The notes under the pieces: generated by a model | Database searches by the model: none | Told to the model about the DNA's origin: nothing | The model's input: only the letters and a program-made list of their open reading frames with translations | NCBI GenBank assembly: GCA_026023565.1 | Contig: JAPETS010000002.1 | Location: forward strand, 992,001 to 1,056,000 | Origin: Cirrosporium novae-zelandiae | Lineage: Eukaryota | DNA: 64,000 nucleotides | Direction of reading: 5' to 3' | Position numbers and translations under genes: made by a program | In this document: in pieces, positions 1 to 11,182 of the stretch | Layout of the letters: each line of letters starts with the position of its first letter | Position numbering within the stretch: the stretch's first letter is position 1

Positions 1-241
1 TGAAGGAATAAGCAGTAAATATATTAATTCCACGAGAAAAAGGTTAGATACTAGCATTTATATATATTCCCTCTCTCTCAACTATATATCCATGAACCCC
101 CCCACCCCCCCTCCCTAAAAAAAAACACTTCCCAAAATAACCAAAACAACCAAGAAAAAGAAAAAAAATTGTAAGTGAAGAAGTTTGAACTTGACAAAGA
201 AGAAGAAGAAATTGGAGTGAAGGTTAGGTTAGGTTAAGGAG

Positions 242-280
242 TTGAGTGAATGAGTGAGTGAGTGAGTGAGTGAGTGAGTG
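242..280. repeat. (GAGT)n microsatellite
   Basis: Tandem tetramer repeats read directly from the sequence. Confidence 0.9.
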
Positions 281-823
281 GTGAATTTTATATATATTTT
301 ATATATGGGGGAAGCGGATGCCCCTATCTCTCGGAGAGAAAGAGGAAGGGGGGGGGGGAGGTTGTATATATACAGTAGTGTAGCATTGAGGGGTGGGTAG
401 TAGTGTGATGGCATTTTCTGTATAGGTGGGTGAGGGAGGGGGAAGAACTCGAAGAGGCATTTGTATTTATATTCATCTTATTTATTTACAAAAGAGAGAG
501 AGCAAGATATCCAGATATATGTATATAATGTACCACGCCGACGTCTAGGATATGGGCTTCTTTATTTTTTTTATTTTCTTATTTTCTTATTTTCTTATAA
601 AAGGCATAAGACACAGATGTATCTAGGCAGGGGGGTATGATATATGCCTTAGCGTGGCATGGAATGATGGAGGGAGGGGTGTATTTATATTTATTTATTT
701 ACACTAGATATATATATCAACGCATCATCCCAGCGATTAATATTCCCACTTAAATCATCCCAATACCACCCCCCCCAAAAAAACTCCCCCCTTACAAACC
801 CAAGTTCCTTACCATCCATCACC

Positions 824-1906
824 TCATCCCAAAAGCACCCCTCCAATCCCAATCCCCGCCCCAAACATCGCCCCCACACTCACAAAGCTAGAAATACTCC
901 CCATCGCCATTCCCGTAATCCCATGTCCGCTCGTACAACCCCCCGCAACTCTAGCACCAAATGCCATGACTAAACCTCCCATGAATGCTCCCAATTCCGA
1001 TATCTCCTCCCCACCCGCACCCACACCCGATAATAAAATATCTAGTGTGGATGGGAAGATTTTAGAGGTGAGAAAGGTACCGCCTATCATGCCAAGGCAG
1101 AACGTCATTGCCCTTGTGGCTGGGCGTTTAGAAGGGATTCTCCGCTCGGGGGAAGATAGCAAAAACCAAAACCAAGCTCCGAATTGTTCAAAGGAGCCCG
1201 AGGTGCCGAGCGTGTTTCCGCTAATGAGCATGGAGAGGGCCTGGGAGGCTCCGATTAGGAGGCCGGAATAGGTTGGAGGGAGGAAGGGTTTGGGGGATGG
1301 GTTTGTGAGGGAGGATGGTGTGAGTTTGGAGGTTAGGGCTATGGCGAGGGTGCTGAGGGTGCAGAAGGTTAGGAGGGCGAGGGTGGGGGGGAGGTGGAGG
1401 AGGGCGTGGAGGGTGCGTTTTTGTAGGGCTGGGAGTTGCTTGTCTGGTTTAGGGGTTGTTGATGTTGTTGTTGGTGGTGGTTGGCCTTTAAGATCCGGTC
1501 CCATTTTCGCATAGATAATTCCTCCCACCAGCGCACCCGCGAGCGCAAAGTACCCAGACCTGATTCCCGCACCCACCTGTGCGAACACGGTCCCAGGACA
1601 CGCTCCCGCGAGAACCATTCCAAGCCCAATCATCAACCCCCCTATCATATTACCATCATAGACCGTACCGAATCGGTACAGGGGAGACGGTGAGCGGGGC
1701 GTGGTGTTGGAGAGATGGAGGCGGTTCAGCAGAGCAATGATGAGGGCGCTGCTGGCGCTCGCTCCTAGAAATACCTGGAGCATGTGGAAATTCTGGAGGC
1801 GGAATTGGGAGAGGATTATGGGGGGCGCGAAGACGCCGGAGGCGGTTAGGGCGGCGCCGAAGAGAGCGCCGGAGATTAGGTTGGGGATGAATTTTGTTGT
1901 TGCCAT
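824..1906 (-). CDS. YeeE/YedE family (TsuA-like) sulfur/thiosulfate transport membrane protein
   Basis: Intronless 360-aa, Gly-rich, hydrophobic ORF with two repeated halves carrying the family Cys motifs GACPGT and GGCTSGHG. Confidence 0.88.
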   Translation of the reverse strand: MATTKFIPNLISGALFGAALTASGVFAPPIILSQFRLQNFHMLQVFLGASASSALIIALLNRLHLSNTTPRSPSPLYRFGTVYDGNMIGGLMIGLGMVLAGACPGTVFAQVGAGIRSGYFALAGALVGGIIYAKMGPDLKGQPPPTTTSTTPKPDKQLPALQKRTLHALLHLPPTLALLTFCTLSTLAIALTSKLTPSSLTNPSPKPFLPPTYSGLLIGASQALSMLISGNTLGTSGSFEQFGAWFWFLLSSPERRIPSKRPATRAMTFCLGMIGGTFLTSKIFPSTLDILLSGVGAGGEEISELGAFMGGLVMAFGARVAGGCTSGHGITGMAMGSISSFVSVGAMFGAGIGIGGVLLG

Positions 1907-3360
1907 GGTCGTTGGTTGTTGAGGTGGTTCACTTTGGAGAGAGAGAAAGGGGGGGTGGTTCGAAATGTATAGGTATTGTAGAATGAGTATAAAGATGGGA
2001 TATGAGCGTCATAAGAGGACGCGCTAACAAAGCAAGCCGTAAGTATTCAAGTATGGAGGAGATGTCAATTTTTCAAGGTTGAGCAAAAAAAGAAAGAGAA
2101 AGAAAGAATGCATGAACATAATATAGGGACGACGGAATGGTTTCCTATATACTATACAAGCACATCAGAAGGTTGTTCAATGGCGAAAACCAATATTTAA
2201 AATTCCAGAGCAAAAAGAATAACAAGACCGTTTTATCATCATTCTCATTATTGCAAGTTCTAGACAATTTGTTTTTGTATTTCCAATCCATTAGTGCCAA
2301 CTTAATTTTTCTTTTCTTCTCGGGCAACATTATCTAGATCAACCAGTGGTCAACTTCGGCGAGGTTGGTTGCGGAGAGGTCTTTTTATTTGTAACGCAAG
2401 CGTCCGGACCTCTCTCTCTCACATCATTCGACATCTAAAGTGATTGTTGTAAGTTGGTTGGTGATTAAAGGAAGTCGATGCTAACTAGCACATGTACACG
2501 TTCATATTCCTGCCTTCAGAGAGCACACACGTACGCACTCGCGCAAACACATACCAAGGATACCACAGGCTGTCTCAGGTTCCTTCGGAGTTCTCCTCTC
2601 TAATTATGGTACATAGTCCACATATTAGTTCATCTGTCCTTGCTTCTTGTCGTCATAAATAAACCCCGAAGTTAGCAAGAAAGGTCGCCGAATTCTCCTT
2701 CATGTCACCAGCTTCTTCAATTCGGCGAAGTTGATGAAAGGAGACCGACCGACTAAGAGCGGAAGGACCTTATTAAAGATTCCTCAACATCTCAATGATA
2801 ATTATTAAGTTAACTCATCTATGATGAAGGAAATAATGCTTGATTACTGATCATGATCAGGGTTGCTCTGAAGTTGATGTTGAGTGAAACAGACTGGATG
2901 TTTTTCAGTCGCCCTTTTTTATTATTGTGGCCTTGTTATTCAGGCATCGAATATAATCTATTTACTTCATTTCAGGTTTGGTCTTCTTACTTTCATAATC
3001 CATCTTTAGCTATGCGCAGGCTCTACCAAATAATGCCCAAAGGACTGTTCTCTTTCAAAATGTTTACTGTACGTCTCTAAGTAGGAGCTAGGAAGACATG
3101 TTTGGAAGAACCCAACTGGGTGCATACTTGTGGCTCTGGCGTTGACAGCCAGACCTACCTCTTATATCAATGCCTCCAAGTCTTTTCTTCGAAGCAACCA
3201 CTATCATGCAAAACCGCCGCTTCTTCCTTGAATAGTGACCCCATGGGTATTTAAATGCTGGCCGTTCGTTCACGTTCATCCACAAACTAAACAAGGTAGC
3301 CAACTTCTTCTATTCAATTCCAACTAAATATATCTCTTTTGCTTTGATTGATACACAACC

Positions 3361-4335
3361 ATGAATTTTAATTGCGAGCCCATCGCAACCATTACTAAGT
3401 GTGAGCCCGGCACAGCCGTGAATATTAATCGCGAGGACAGCACAATCACGATACGCGTGTTCTTGGTATTTGGACTTTCACGCGTGTTAGTAATACCTGA
3501 AGTTCCACGCACACCAGATGTTGAATTGGTTTCAGAGATTACCGGAGCCTTGGAGCCTGAAGAAAAACAGAACTATTCTTACACCATCGCCTGCCCCGTG
3601 GGAACTTACCCTGTTCCAGACGCCGATTTCCCATTCCTCATCCTTCTCGATCAGGAGGTGCCGACGGTCGCAGCACTTAAAAGAATAATCGGCCTAGGAT
3701 CTGCTCCTGTACTCTTCTATGCACTCGTATATAAATATGGTAGAGCCGTCGGCATTACTAAATTATACCGCATCTCGAAGGGACAAATGATGGCCATCAA
3801 AAATTACCTCATGTTGACCTACGGGATGTACATCCCCAAGACAATAATCCGCATGCCTCAAGCTCCCAAGAATCTTTGCCCCTTGTCACCCGACCCATTT
3901 CTCGGTCTCCTCTCGGTCCAGGAAGTAAGCTGCATGCCCTTCCCAGCCCAAGATGAATACCCTGTCATATACTTCTTCCACGGACGGCTGGCAGACCCCT
4001 ATTACCTCCGCCGCGTTCTCAGCCTCGACGAAACCCCATTCCTCGAATACGTTATGGTTAACCGCGGTACCCTAAAACGGTGGAATAAGCACTGTGTGCT
4101 GACAAACGGATCGAAGAGGGACCAAGTACCCGGGTCGATGTATCTGGTTAAGTCGAAAAAGGAGGAGGATGTATTGAGGCTTTATGCAACGGAGCTGTAT
4201 AAGGTTGTGAGGTGTGAGATTTGCAGGCAAGATGGTAGTTATGTTTATGGGTTGACGTTTAGGTTTTCGGGGGATATGGGGAGTGATGATGGCCCAAAGA
4301 TTTATGATTGGTATGGGTGGGACGTATTGGGTTAA
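3361..4335 (+). CDS. Gamma-glutamylcyclotransferase (GGCT/AIG2)-like domain protein, divergent
   Basis: 324-aa ORF. The C-terminal half YPVIYFFHGRLADP..LRRVL...EEDVLRLYATELYKVVRCEI...GLTFRF resembles fungal GGCT-like proteins. Confidence 0.65.
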   Translation: MNFNCEPIATITKCEPGTAVNINREDSTITIRVFLVFGLSRVLVIPEVPRTPDVELVSEITGALEPEEKQNYSYTIACPVGTYPVPDADFPFLILLDQEVPTVAALKRIIGLGSAPVLFYALVYKYGRAVGITKLYRISKGQMMAIKNYLMLTYGMYIPKTIIRMPQAPKNLCPLSPDPFLGLLSVQEVSCMPFPAQDEYPVIYFFHGRLADPYYLRRVLSLDETPFLEYVMVNRGTLKRWNKHCVLTNGSKRDQVPGSMYLVKSKKEEDVLRLYATELYKVVRCEICRQDGSYVYGLTFRFSGDMGSDDGPKIYDWYGWDVLG

Positions 4336-4963
4336 TGGAGAAGGGAGGGATGGATTATAATGATAAGGTGAACCAGGCAGTCTGTGAAGAGGGGGGGAAA
4401 TACAAGAAGGGGGACAGGGTAGATTGTTTTATTCTGTGAGTATACGTAAGGTATATGAATCGGAAAGAAAACTAGTTAGCTAGAGAATGGATTAAAGTGA
4501 TGACTTGGGCTTCTTTCTTATCGAGTCACACACTAGATTTTTTTTGTTTCGGTGGGTAAGAGATGGTAAAATGGGGGATGATTAAACTCCCTGTTCTCCG
4601 TTCCCCGTTATTGTAGTTGCTGAACTCTCTGATTTAAGTCCTATTGTTGTGTTGTGTTTAAGGCGAAAGATTGAATCTGTAAATATTTGTGCTTGTTCAT
4701 TCATTTACTTACTCATCTTTTCTCCCATGTAAACCTAAAACCCCAAAACCCTAACCCATACGAAAACCCCAAAACCCAAACCCAAAAAGAATTTCAAACT
4801 CAAAAAAAAAAAAAAAAAAACCAAATGATTCCGTCCGGGCACGATCCGGAGACCTTCTGTGTACTAATGTTAGACAGATGTGATAACCAACTACACCACA
4901 GAACCACTTTATTTTTCATCTTGTTTTTGATTGGATGGATGGGTTGGTGGGTTATTGGGGTTT

Positions 4964-5050
4964 TGTGTGTGTGTTTGTGTGTTTGTGTGTTTGTGTGTTT
5001 GTGTGTTTGTGTGTTTGTGTGTTTGTGTGTTTGTGTGTTTGTGTGTGTGT
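4964..5050. repeat. (GTTTGTGT)n / (GT)n microsatellite
   Basis: Tandem octamer repeats read directly from the sequence. Confidence 0.95.
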
Positions 5051-5280
5051 ATAGGGTGAGGAGGGCAAGTGGGATGGATAGGGTTAAGCTTAGTTGAGTA
5101 ATTAGCCAACTAGTGAGGCTGTCTATTATGGGTTGGTTTGGTTTTGGCTGATGGAGGTCAGGAGGTTGGATAGAGGGGGGGAATTAGCTTCTTGGGATAG
5201 AGTAGATTGGAGTAGATAAAGTAATGTCTTTTTATCATTAATTACATGACAAGTTAATTAAGTTTATATGGTTACTATGG

Positions 5281-7112
5281 TCAATTATTCAAAACCCGAT
5301 TCAAAACCCTCCCAAACACCCCGCGGATCCGTCTGGGGTTTTCCCGCGCGCATGTCACAAGGATCGCTGCACTGAGCGAAAAGGCTGCCGCCTCGCGATA
5401 TTGATACTTGGAGTCGTATCTCCTTGGTAGCACTGCGGCCACAGCCCTAGGCGCAACGAAGAATGCAATTTCCTGTCTACGTCTCTCGGCTTCGACAAGG
5501 ATGCTCCAGCCGCACATCCAGCAGCCTGCTCCAACGCATAGGCCCGAGTCCCACATCTGTGGGGTTATGGTTTTGGAATTGACTAGTTTGGGGCCTAGAC
5601 GGGTGCGGGAGAGGCAGACCGAGTAATAGAATAGGGTTATGAAGACGCCGAGGAAGGCAGAAGAGCGGGAGGCATCAACAACGCCGCGGGTTAGGGATTT
5701 GAGGGAGGGGTGGCGGAGCTTGACGAAGAGTTGGAGAGGGATGTACATCGTCATTCCGAAGCGAAAGGCCTTGAAGAACCGCAAGAGAGCGTGTTTCTCA
5801 CAGCTTGGTCCCGCCCCCATGTGCACCATTTCGCAGGGAATCGGAATCGTCTTGGCTGGATCGCCCCACTCTTCTGGCCAGTTGAAATCCCGACACATGC
5901 CTTGCAGTAACTCTGCCTGGCCTGTGTCTTTACCGTATACAAATTCCCCCCATCGTGCACGGCGGAGTGCGATGATGAGGCGTTTGTCGACGGCCGCGGC
6001 TTGTGAGATCCAGGTGTTGTAGGCGGGGGGAAGTCGCTCGGGGAGGTAGAACCAAGACCACATTATTAGAGCAGATGAAGATGCAAACACAAAAGCATCG
6101 GTGTATTGAGAAAGGATGCGTGAGAGAAAAGAATGTGCGTGCGTATGGGGATATCGACGTTTGTGGGTGGTCCAGAGTGAACCGAGGAGGACATCAAGGG
6201 CGCGGACTAGGGCAAAGAGGGTGAGATCCATAGTTCGACCGGAAAGGGAAATGGAGGTGGTTTCTGGAAATCCCCTGGTCCCCAGCCTCTGGTCGAGTTT
6301 AGGCTCATGACTAATGGTGGTTGGTGAAACTTCTTGGTCTGAGATGGCAACGTTGGTATCGACCCTCAGGTCTACAGGAGCTTCATCTTTGCCATACAGG
6401 TTCTTATTTCTATCAACCATAGACAGCATCTCTACTGAACATGCTTTTCGTGCTGTCGATGCTGGATGCTGCTTGCTGTTTAGAAGTCGAAAGCTGACCC
6501 ATGCCGAAAACAAAGCTGCGATAAATCTAGCAAGTCTAATTTGGTTGAGTCTAGAGATAATCCATCCTTTTCGCTTTGCTAAAACGGCAAATCGTCTAAC
6601 GAGAAGCTGAATTGGTTCTTGTAGTAAAGTAGAACCACCAACTATAGTCCCACAAAAGGCTGGGAATCTGTGGAGGGATAATGCACTGATCAAGGTTCGG
6701 TAAATCTGTGAAATCTCAGTACACCGGCCATGGAGAAGCGAATGTTGCCGTGTGATCCTTTCTCGTTACCCTGGAGTTCCAATTCAAGTAGACTTGGTAA
6801 GACAAAAAATATAGAGATAGAAAAAGAAAATGTTATGGCGGATAAGAGGAGAAAAATTAGGGACCAACATACCGCATTTATTAAATCCAAAAACCTTGTT
6901 CTTCCCCTGGCAAAGCTTACAAGGAGAGCCAACAGTCGAGGGCCTATGGACGAGAGATATCCTAATGAATATGCACGCAATAGCCTGATAAGGTCAGATC
7001 AGTACCATGCATGCCATCACACTTGCCGGGGTAAATCGGGGGGAAGAGCTTACGGTTTGAGTGCATCAGGAACAGAGATTAGGATGTGTCGTACAAGTCG
7101 AATGCGAGTCAT
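5281..7112 (-). CDS. TMEM135/PXMP4 (Tim17-like) integral membrane protein, 3 exons
   Basis: Exons 7112-7054, 6984-6873 and 6705-5281 are joined by GT-AG introns in frame (MTRIRL..LKP|LLRAYSLGY..INA|IYRTLISALSLHRFPAFC). Motifs DLTLFALVRALD, MWSWFYLPERLP, IPCEMVH and RSSAFLG. Confidence 0.8.
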
Positions 7113-7874
7113 GACTGGAAAAGTTTGACGAACCACAGCTTTATCAAAGGCCAACGCAGGACCCGTAGGTCATCAGGAAAGGCAATGAATCATTGGTTGT
7201 TCCTAATTCTCTATCCTCTGTATGGCTGTAATTCTTTCGCTATCTTGAAGGATTTTTCCGAATTGATCCTCTTACCCTACCTAGCGTCTTATACTATACA
7301 AATTAGGGAACGGGTCAGCGATCCACGAAACATGATGGAGATGGAAAGAAAAAGTAGTTAGAGGAAGAATGGTTGTTTTTATGTGGAGCAATGTGGATTT
7401 AATCTCAATAAATGTCCCGTTATCCGATAGACGATGGTGCATTTAATGGCTCATTAATGGCTATTTTTTTTCAGGGGAAAAGAATATGGAATTGATTAAT
7501 TGCCGAGGCAAAGATGATGTCTATGGTTAGGATTTTAGACCACAAGGCTGAGAGAAAAAACAGAGCTAGAAAAGAAGAAAAAGACATGGAAATGGAGTCA
7601 TCAGGTCAAAGTCTGACCCCATGGGGAAATAAGGGCGTCGGGGATGAGGCCAAGGATGGTGAATTTGAGTGAGGGATGACTTTTGATGATTTTGGTTTGC
7701 CTCGGATGTAGGATTCCTTTCTCTTCTCGTTGGGTCAGACAAGAAAGGAAGATTGGACTTACTAATGAATTCAAGCTTCTGGGGGTTCCCTTTGGGGATT
7801 ATAGAATTTGTAGGATAAAAGATGATGTGAGAGAATTCATCAGCGATTTGTTAACAGTGGAAGAAGGTAAATGA

Positions 7875-7941
7875 TATTAGGTATTAGGTATTAGGTATTG
7901 GGTATTGGGTGTTGGGTGTTGGGTGTTGGGTGCTGGGTATT
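7875..7941. repeat. Degenerate heptamer tandem repeat (GGTATTA>GGTATTG>GGTGTTG>GGTGCTG)
   Basis: About 9 units read directly from the sequence. Confidence 0.9.
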
Positions 7942-8839
7942 ACTATAAGTATTTGTTACTGTAATCTGTAATAAATACTCGTAATAATTAACAACTTTTC
8001 CAAAATTACCGATCAATGGTAGGTATTGGTGTATACGGCATACGCAGATAAAATATTTGTTTTGCATGTGATTGTAGTCTATCTACGGGGTTTAACCTAT
8101 TTAGTGAAAGACAGGGATGATGGGATGGGACAAGGAACAAGTTCTGCGCTCTGTGTTCTGCTGGTTCTGCTGGTTCTTGAACTTTGCGACCTTTCCTGCG
8201 AACAAGCAAACCCGCCTGCAGCATTTCCGCAGATCATACCTTTTACTTAGCTTGCTTTACATCAAAATCTTTACCTATTCAAATACCCAAGTTTCTAGTA
8301 ATTCAACATTACATTCATTTCTCTACCTCTACCTCTACCTTTACCTCTACCTCCAATCTTCTTAAATTATTCTCCCCCCCCCCCTCCCTCCCCCACACAC
8401 ATAGAACGTACTGCTCTCGATCCTTTTCAATCTATCTGTACCTATGCGCGTCGGCCAGATTACGTCTTGATCCCCCTCATCCTATATTCTAGTCCAATAT
8501 AGAGCCATTACTTCCACCATCGGATCTCAAACTATATATCGTCTCAGCAAGCCATATCTGCAGGTTTCACTACCTCGACCTATGTACAACTATCTTTCGC
8601 TTCTTGAACTTTAGTACCTTTTCCTTTCGATTCACTTGGTTCAGCTTCCCCCGATTTTCCAACGAAAAGAAAATTAAAGAAGATATGCGTGGCTGGTGAA
8701 GCATTTGCGAAATATTTCTACAAACCCATCATGATCAGAACACCCTCAAACTCGACGTTACAGTCAAGTTCGAAAAAAAGGGCGATTCCAACATAGCAAT
8801 TGTTGGAAGAAGCATTGTCGCAGTTTCCGTGACCCAGGC

Positions 8840-10322
8840 ATGGATCCTTCGAAGATGCAAGATACAAGCACAACAACGTCGCCTACCGCAACGGCCATGT
8901 TTGGATGTATGTTCATACCTCTTCTCTAATACGCAAGCAAAAGTTATAACCTTCACCTTGATAGACACTTTTGACTTTCCCGAGGATGCTTCTCTTCCTC
9001 CTCCTCCACCGCCCGGGCCTTCGCTTCTCGACGATTCCGAATCGCACATGCTAAATAATTTCTTCGATGATCTGGGGCATGGTCAACCACCAACCGGTTA
9101 TTCTCCTTATAATTTCGGTGAAGCTGGAAATTCGGACCATAATCTTCCATTTGACTTTGATCTCCCTCCAACCTTTGAAGGATCTACGACCTCTCTTCCT
9201 CAACCCACCTACAATACACCAACCACATTTTCTCATTCACCACTGCCTATGTTGGATTATGATAATAGGAACCATGTAAATATTCCAAATCCAATACAAA
9301 TACCGGCAACCACAACCTCGGCCGAAGTCTTGGCTGCTGCTTCAACCTTAATGCGTAATGGTCAAACAAGTCATTTGAATGGAACTGCGGAGGGTTCGAT
9401 ATTTCCCACACAAATAATGGAGAATATTTTTCGAGAGCCAGGATTTACTAACAGACCCTCTGCCAGCAGTCGCTCCTTTAGCTACCACGGGCTCAGCAAC
9501 GGTACCATGTCCATTAACCCTGACCTTACACAATCCAGCCGTGACTTTTTCCCCTCTTCTTCCAGGACACTTTCACTTAATGATACAATGTACCCCTCAT
9601 CACCTCAGACTCTAACAACGCTGCCAAGCCAGAAGAAAGATGGTCTAGTATGGGGTTCCGATCCTTCGATTGGCAAGGGATACGATAATGTACAGGAAGA
9701 AGTGACGGGTATGATGATGAAGCAGCTGGAATGTCTTGAACGTCAGGAGACGGCTCCAAATACAGCAAATAATACAGCCCCTCCCAGTCCAAACATGACA
9801 AAACGGCATGTGGTAACGCAGGTTCCAACAGTCCAGTGCAAATCCATTCGATTAAATGAGCAAGTCGAGGTTGATGAGGGAGAAGAAAACATAGACGAAG
9901 CAAGGCCGAGGAAGCGGAGGAAAAGTAAATACAAGGAAGAAGACTCTAGCGATGAAGAAACATTCTCTCGTTACAACGCCAGGAAACCCAAATCAATCTC
10001 TAAATCGCGGCGAAAACCCTCAACCTCGGAAGGCCTGTCTTCCCGAAACCAGAAATCAACATCACCAAAGAACAAGCCTACAAGAGAAAATCTTACAGAG
10101 GAGCAGAAACGAAACAATCATATCATGTCGGAACAAAAGCGACGAAATCTGATCAAGAAAGGCTATGAAGAGGTATGTGAACTGGTTCCTGGATTAAAGG
10201 ACGGTGGTTTAAGTAAGAGTGCCGTGCTAGCACAGGCAGCAGAATGGTTGGAGGAATTATTGCATGGGAATCAACAACTGCACAAGCAACTGATGACCCT
10301 GAAGGAGTTCCGAGGTGCATAA
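8840..10322 (+). CDS. bHLH transcription factor (INO2/INO4-like fungal family), 2 exons
   Basis: ATG 8840; intron 8907-8964 (GTATGT..TAG) restores the frame. C-terminal bHLH RENLTEEQKRNNHIMSEQKRRNLIKKGYEEVCELVPGL..SKSAVL. Confidence 0.88.
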
Positions 10323-10728
10323 AAAAGATGGACATGGGGTTGGTACTGGGTTTCTCTTATGGGAGCCAATGGTGTTAACGATCATGGCCTAAAGCGGGAG
10401 GGACTGGCGTTCATAACTTGGTTTATGGTTGGTGTGTTTGTGGAACGGAGTTATGCAAAGCCCTGCTCTGATACCTGATACCTGACGGAGTATCTGGAAT
10501 GAAAATATGGGTTGATTTGGTACCTTGTGGATTCCAGGACACGATTTATTGTTTTTCTAGGCGTTCGATAGCTGTATGGTACAACAAGGACTATATGTAG
10601 TACTATGAGTAATATGAATGCTCAATCAATGAGTACCTAGGGCCCAGCCCTAATGGGTAAACCCTTGGTGGCTTTCCAATGAAAACTCAGCATCGGAGTG
10701 TCGGGGTCTAATTGAAAACTCCGCCCGC

Positions 10729-10754
10729 TTTCGGGGAACAGAAAGCTCTAGAAC
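10729..10754 (+). promoter_or_regulatory. Probable heat shock element upstream of AHA1
   Basis: TTC/GAA pentamer array (tTTCgg..GAAc aGAAa gCTCt aGAAc) about 120 nt upstream of the 5'-UTR intron of an Hsp90 co-chaperone gene. Imperfect match. Confidence 0.5.
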
Positions 10755-10911
10755 CGCAGCAAAAGTCTCATCAGCCTTGATTACTTCCCATTCTACAACA
10801 TCATAAATACTTCTACTATTCTCACCTTCACCTTCACCTTCACCTCTTCCACAAACATCAAATTAATCAGGTAAGCAGAAATCCTCTTCTTTTTGCTCTC
10901 ATATCTTCCAC

Positions 10912-11012
10912 CTCAAATGATGAAACATTCAGCTGGCACCAGTCCTAGAAGACTTGTACTCTTTTTATGCGGATCAGCTTTGTAGGAGCAACGTCTCCGT
11001 TCTTCTGACCTT
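10912..11012 (+). ncRNA. Probable intronic box C/D snoRNA (guide for 18S rRNA helix 18, yeast G562-equivalent region)
   Basis: Lies inside the 5'-UTR intron 10871-11085 (GTAAGC..TACTAAC..TAG). Box C ATGATGA 10917-10923; box D CTGA 11005-11008; 11-nt GCTGGCACCAG 10932-10942 is complementary to conserved 18S CUGGUGCCAGC. Confidence 0.75.
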
Positions 11013-11182
11013 TCCAAATATCATTCCATCTTCTTCTTAGCATAGAGGTTTATCAGAAGATACTAACGCTGGAGGATTGCAATAGTAATTGGCTAATATC
11101 TACCCTGCGCTCCAACCAACACCAAGTGACTCGCAAGAGCCATTTTAAATACATACCTTATTACGAATCCAATTATATCAAG

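Noticed and set aside
2002..2012. ATGAGCGTCAT upstream of the YeeE gene as a CYS-3/MetR site
   Set aside because: It is one base longer than the ATGRYRYCAT consensus, so not a true match.
4745..4758. ACCCTAACCC as a telomerase RNA template or telomeric repeat
   Set aside because: Under two units, in low-complexity A/C-rich sequence, with no other supporting elements.
4687..5109. ORFs with CVCVFV / HKHTNT repeats
   Set aside because: These are translations of a microsatellite.
6706..6872. Possible nested or twin intron (internal CAG-G-GTAACG) in the TMEM135-like gene
   Set aside because: No good branch point for the inner intron, and a single 167-nt intron already keeps the frame.
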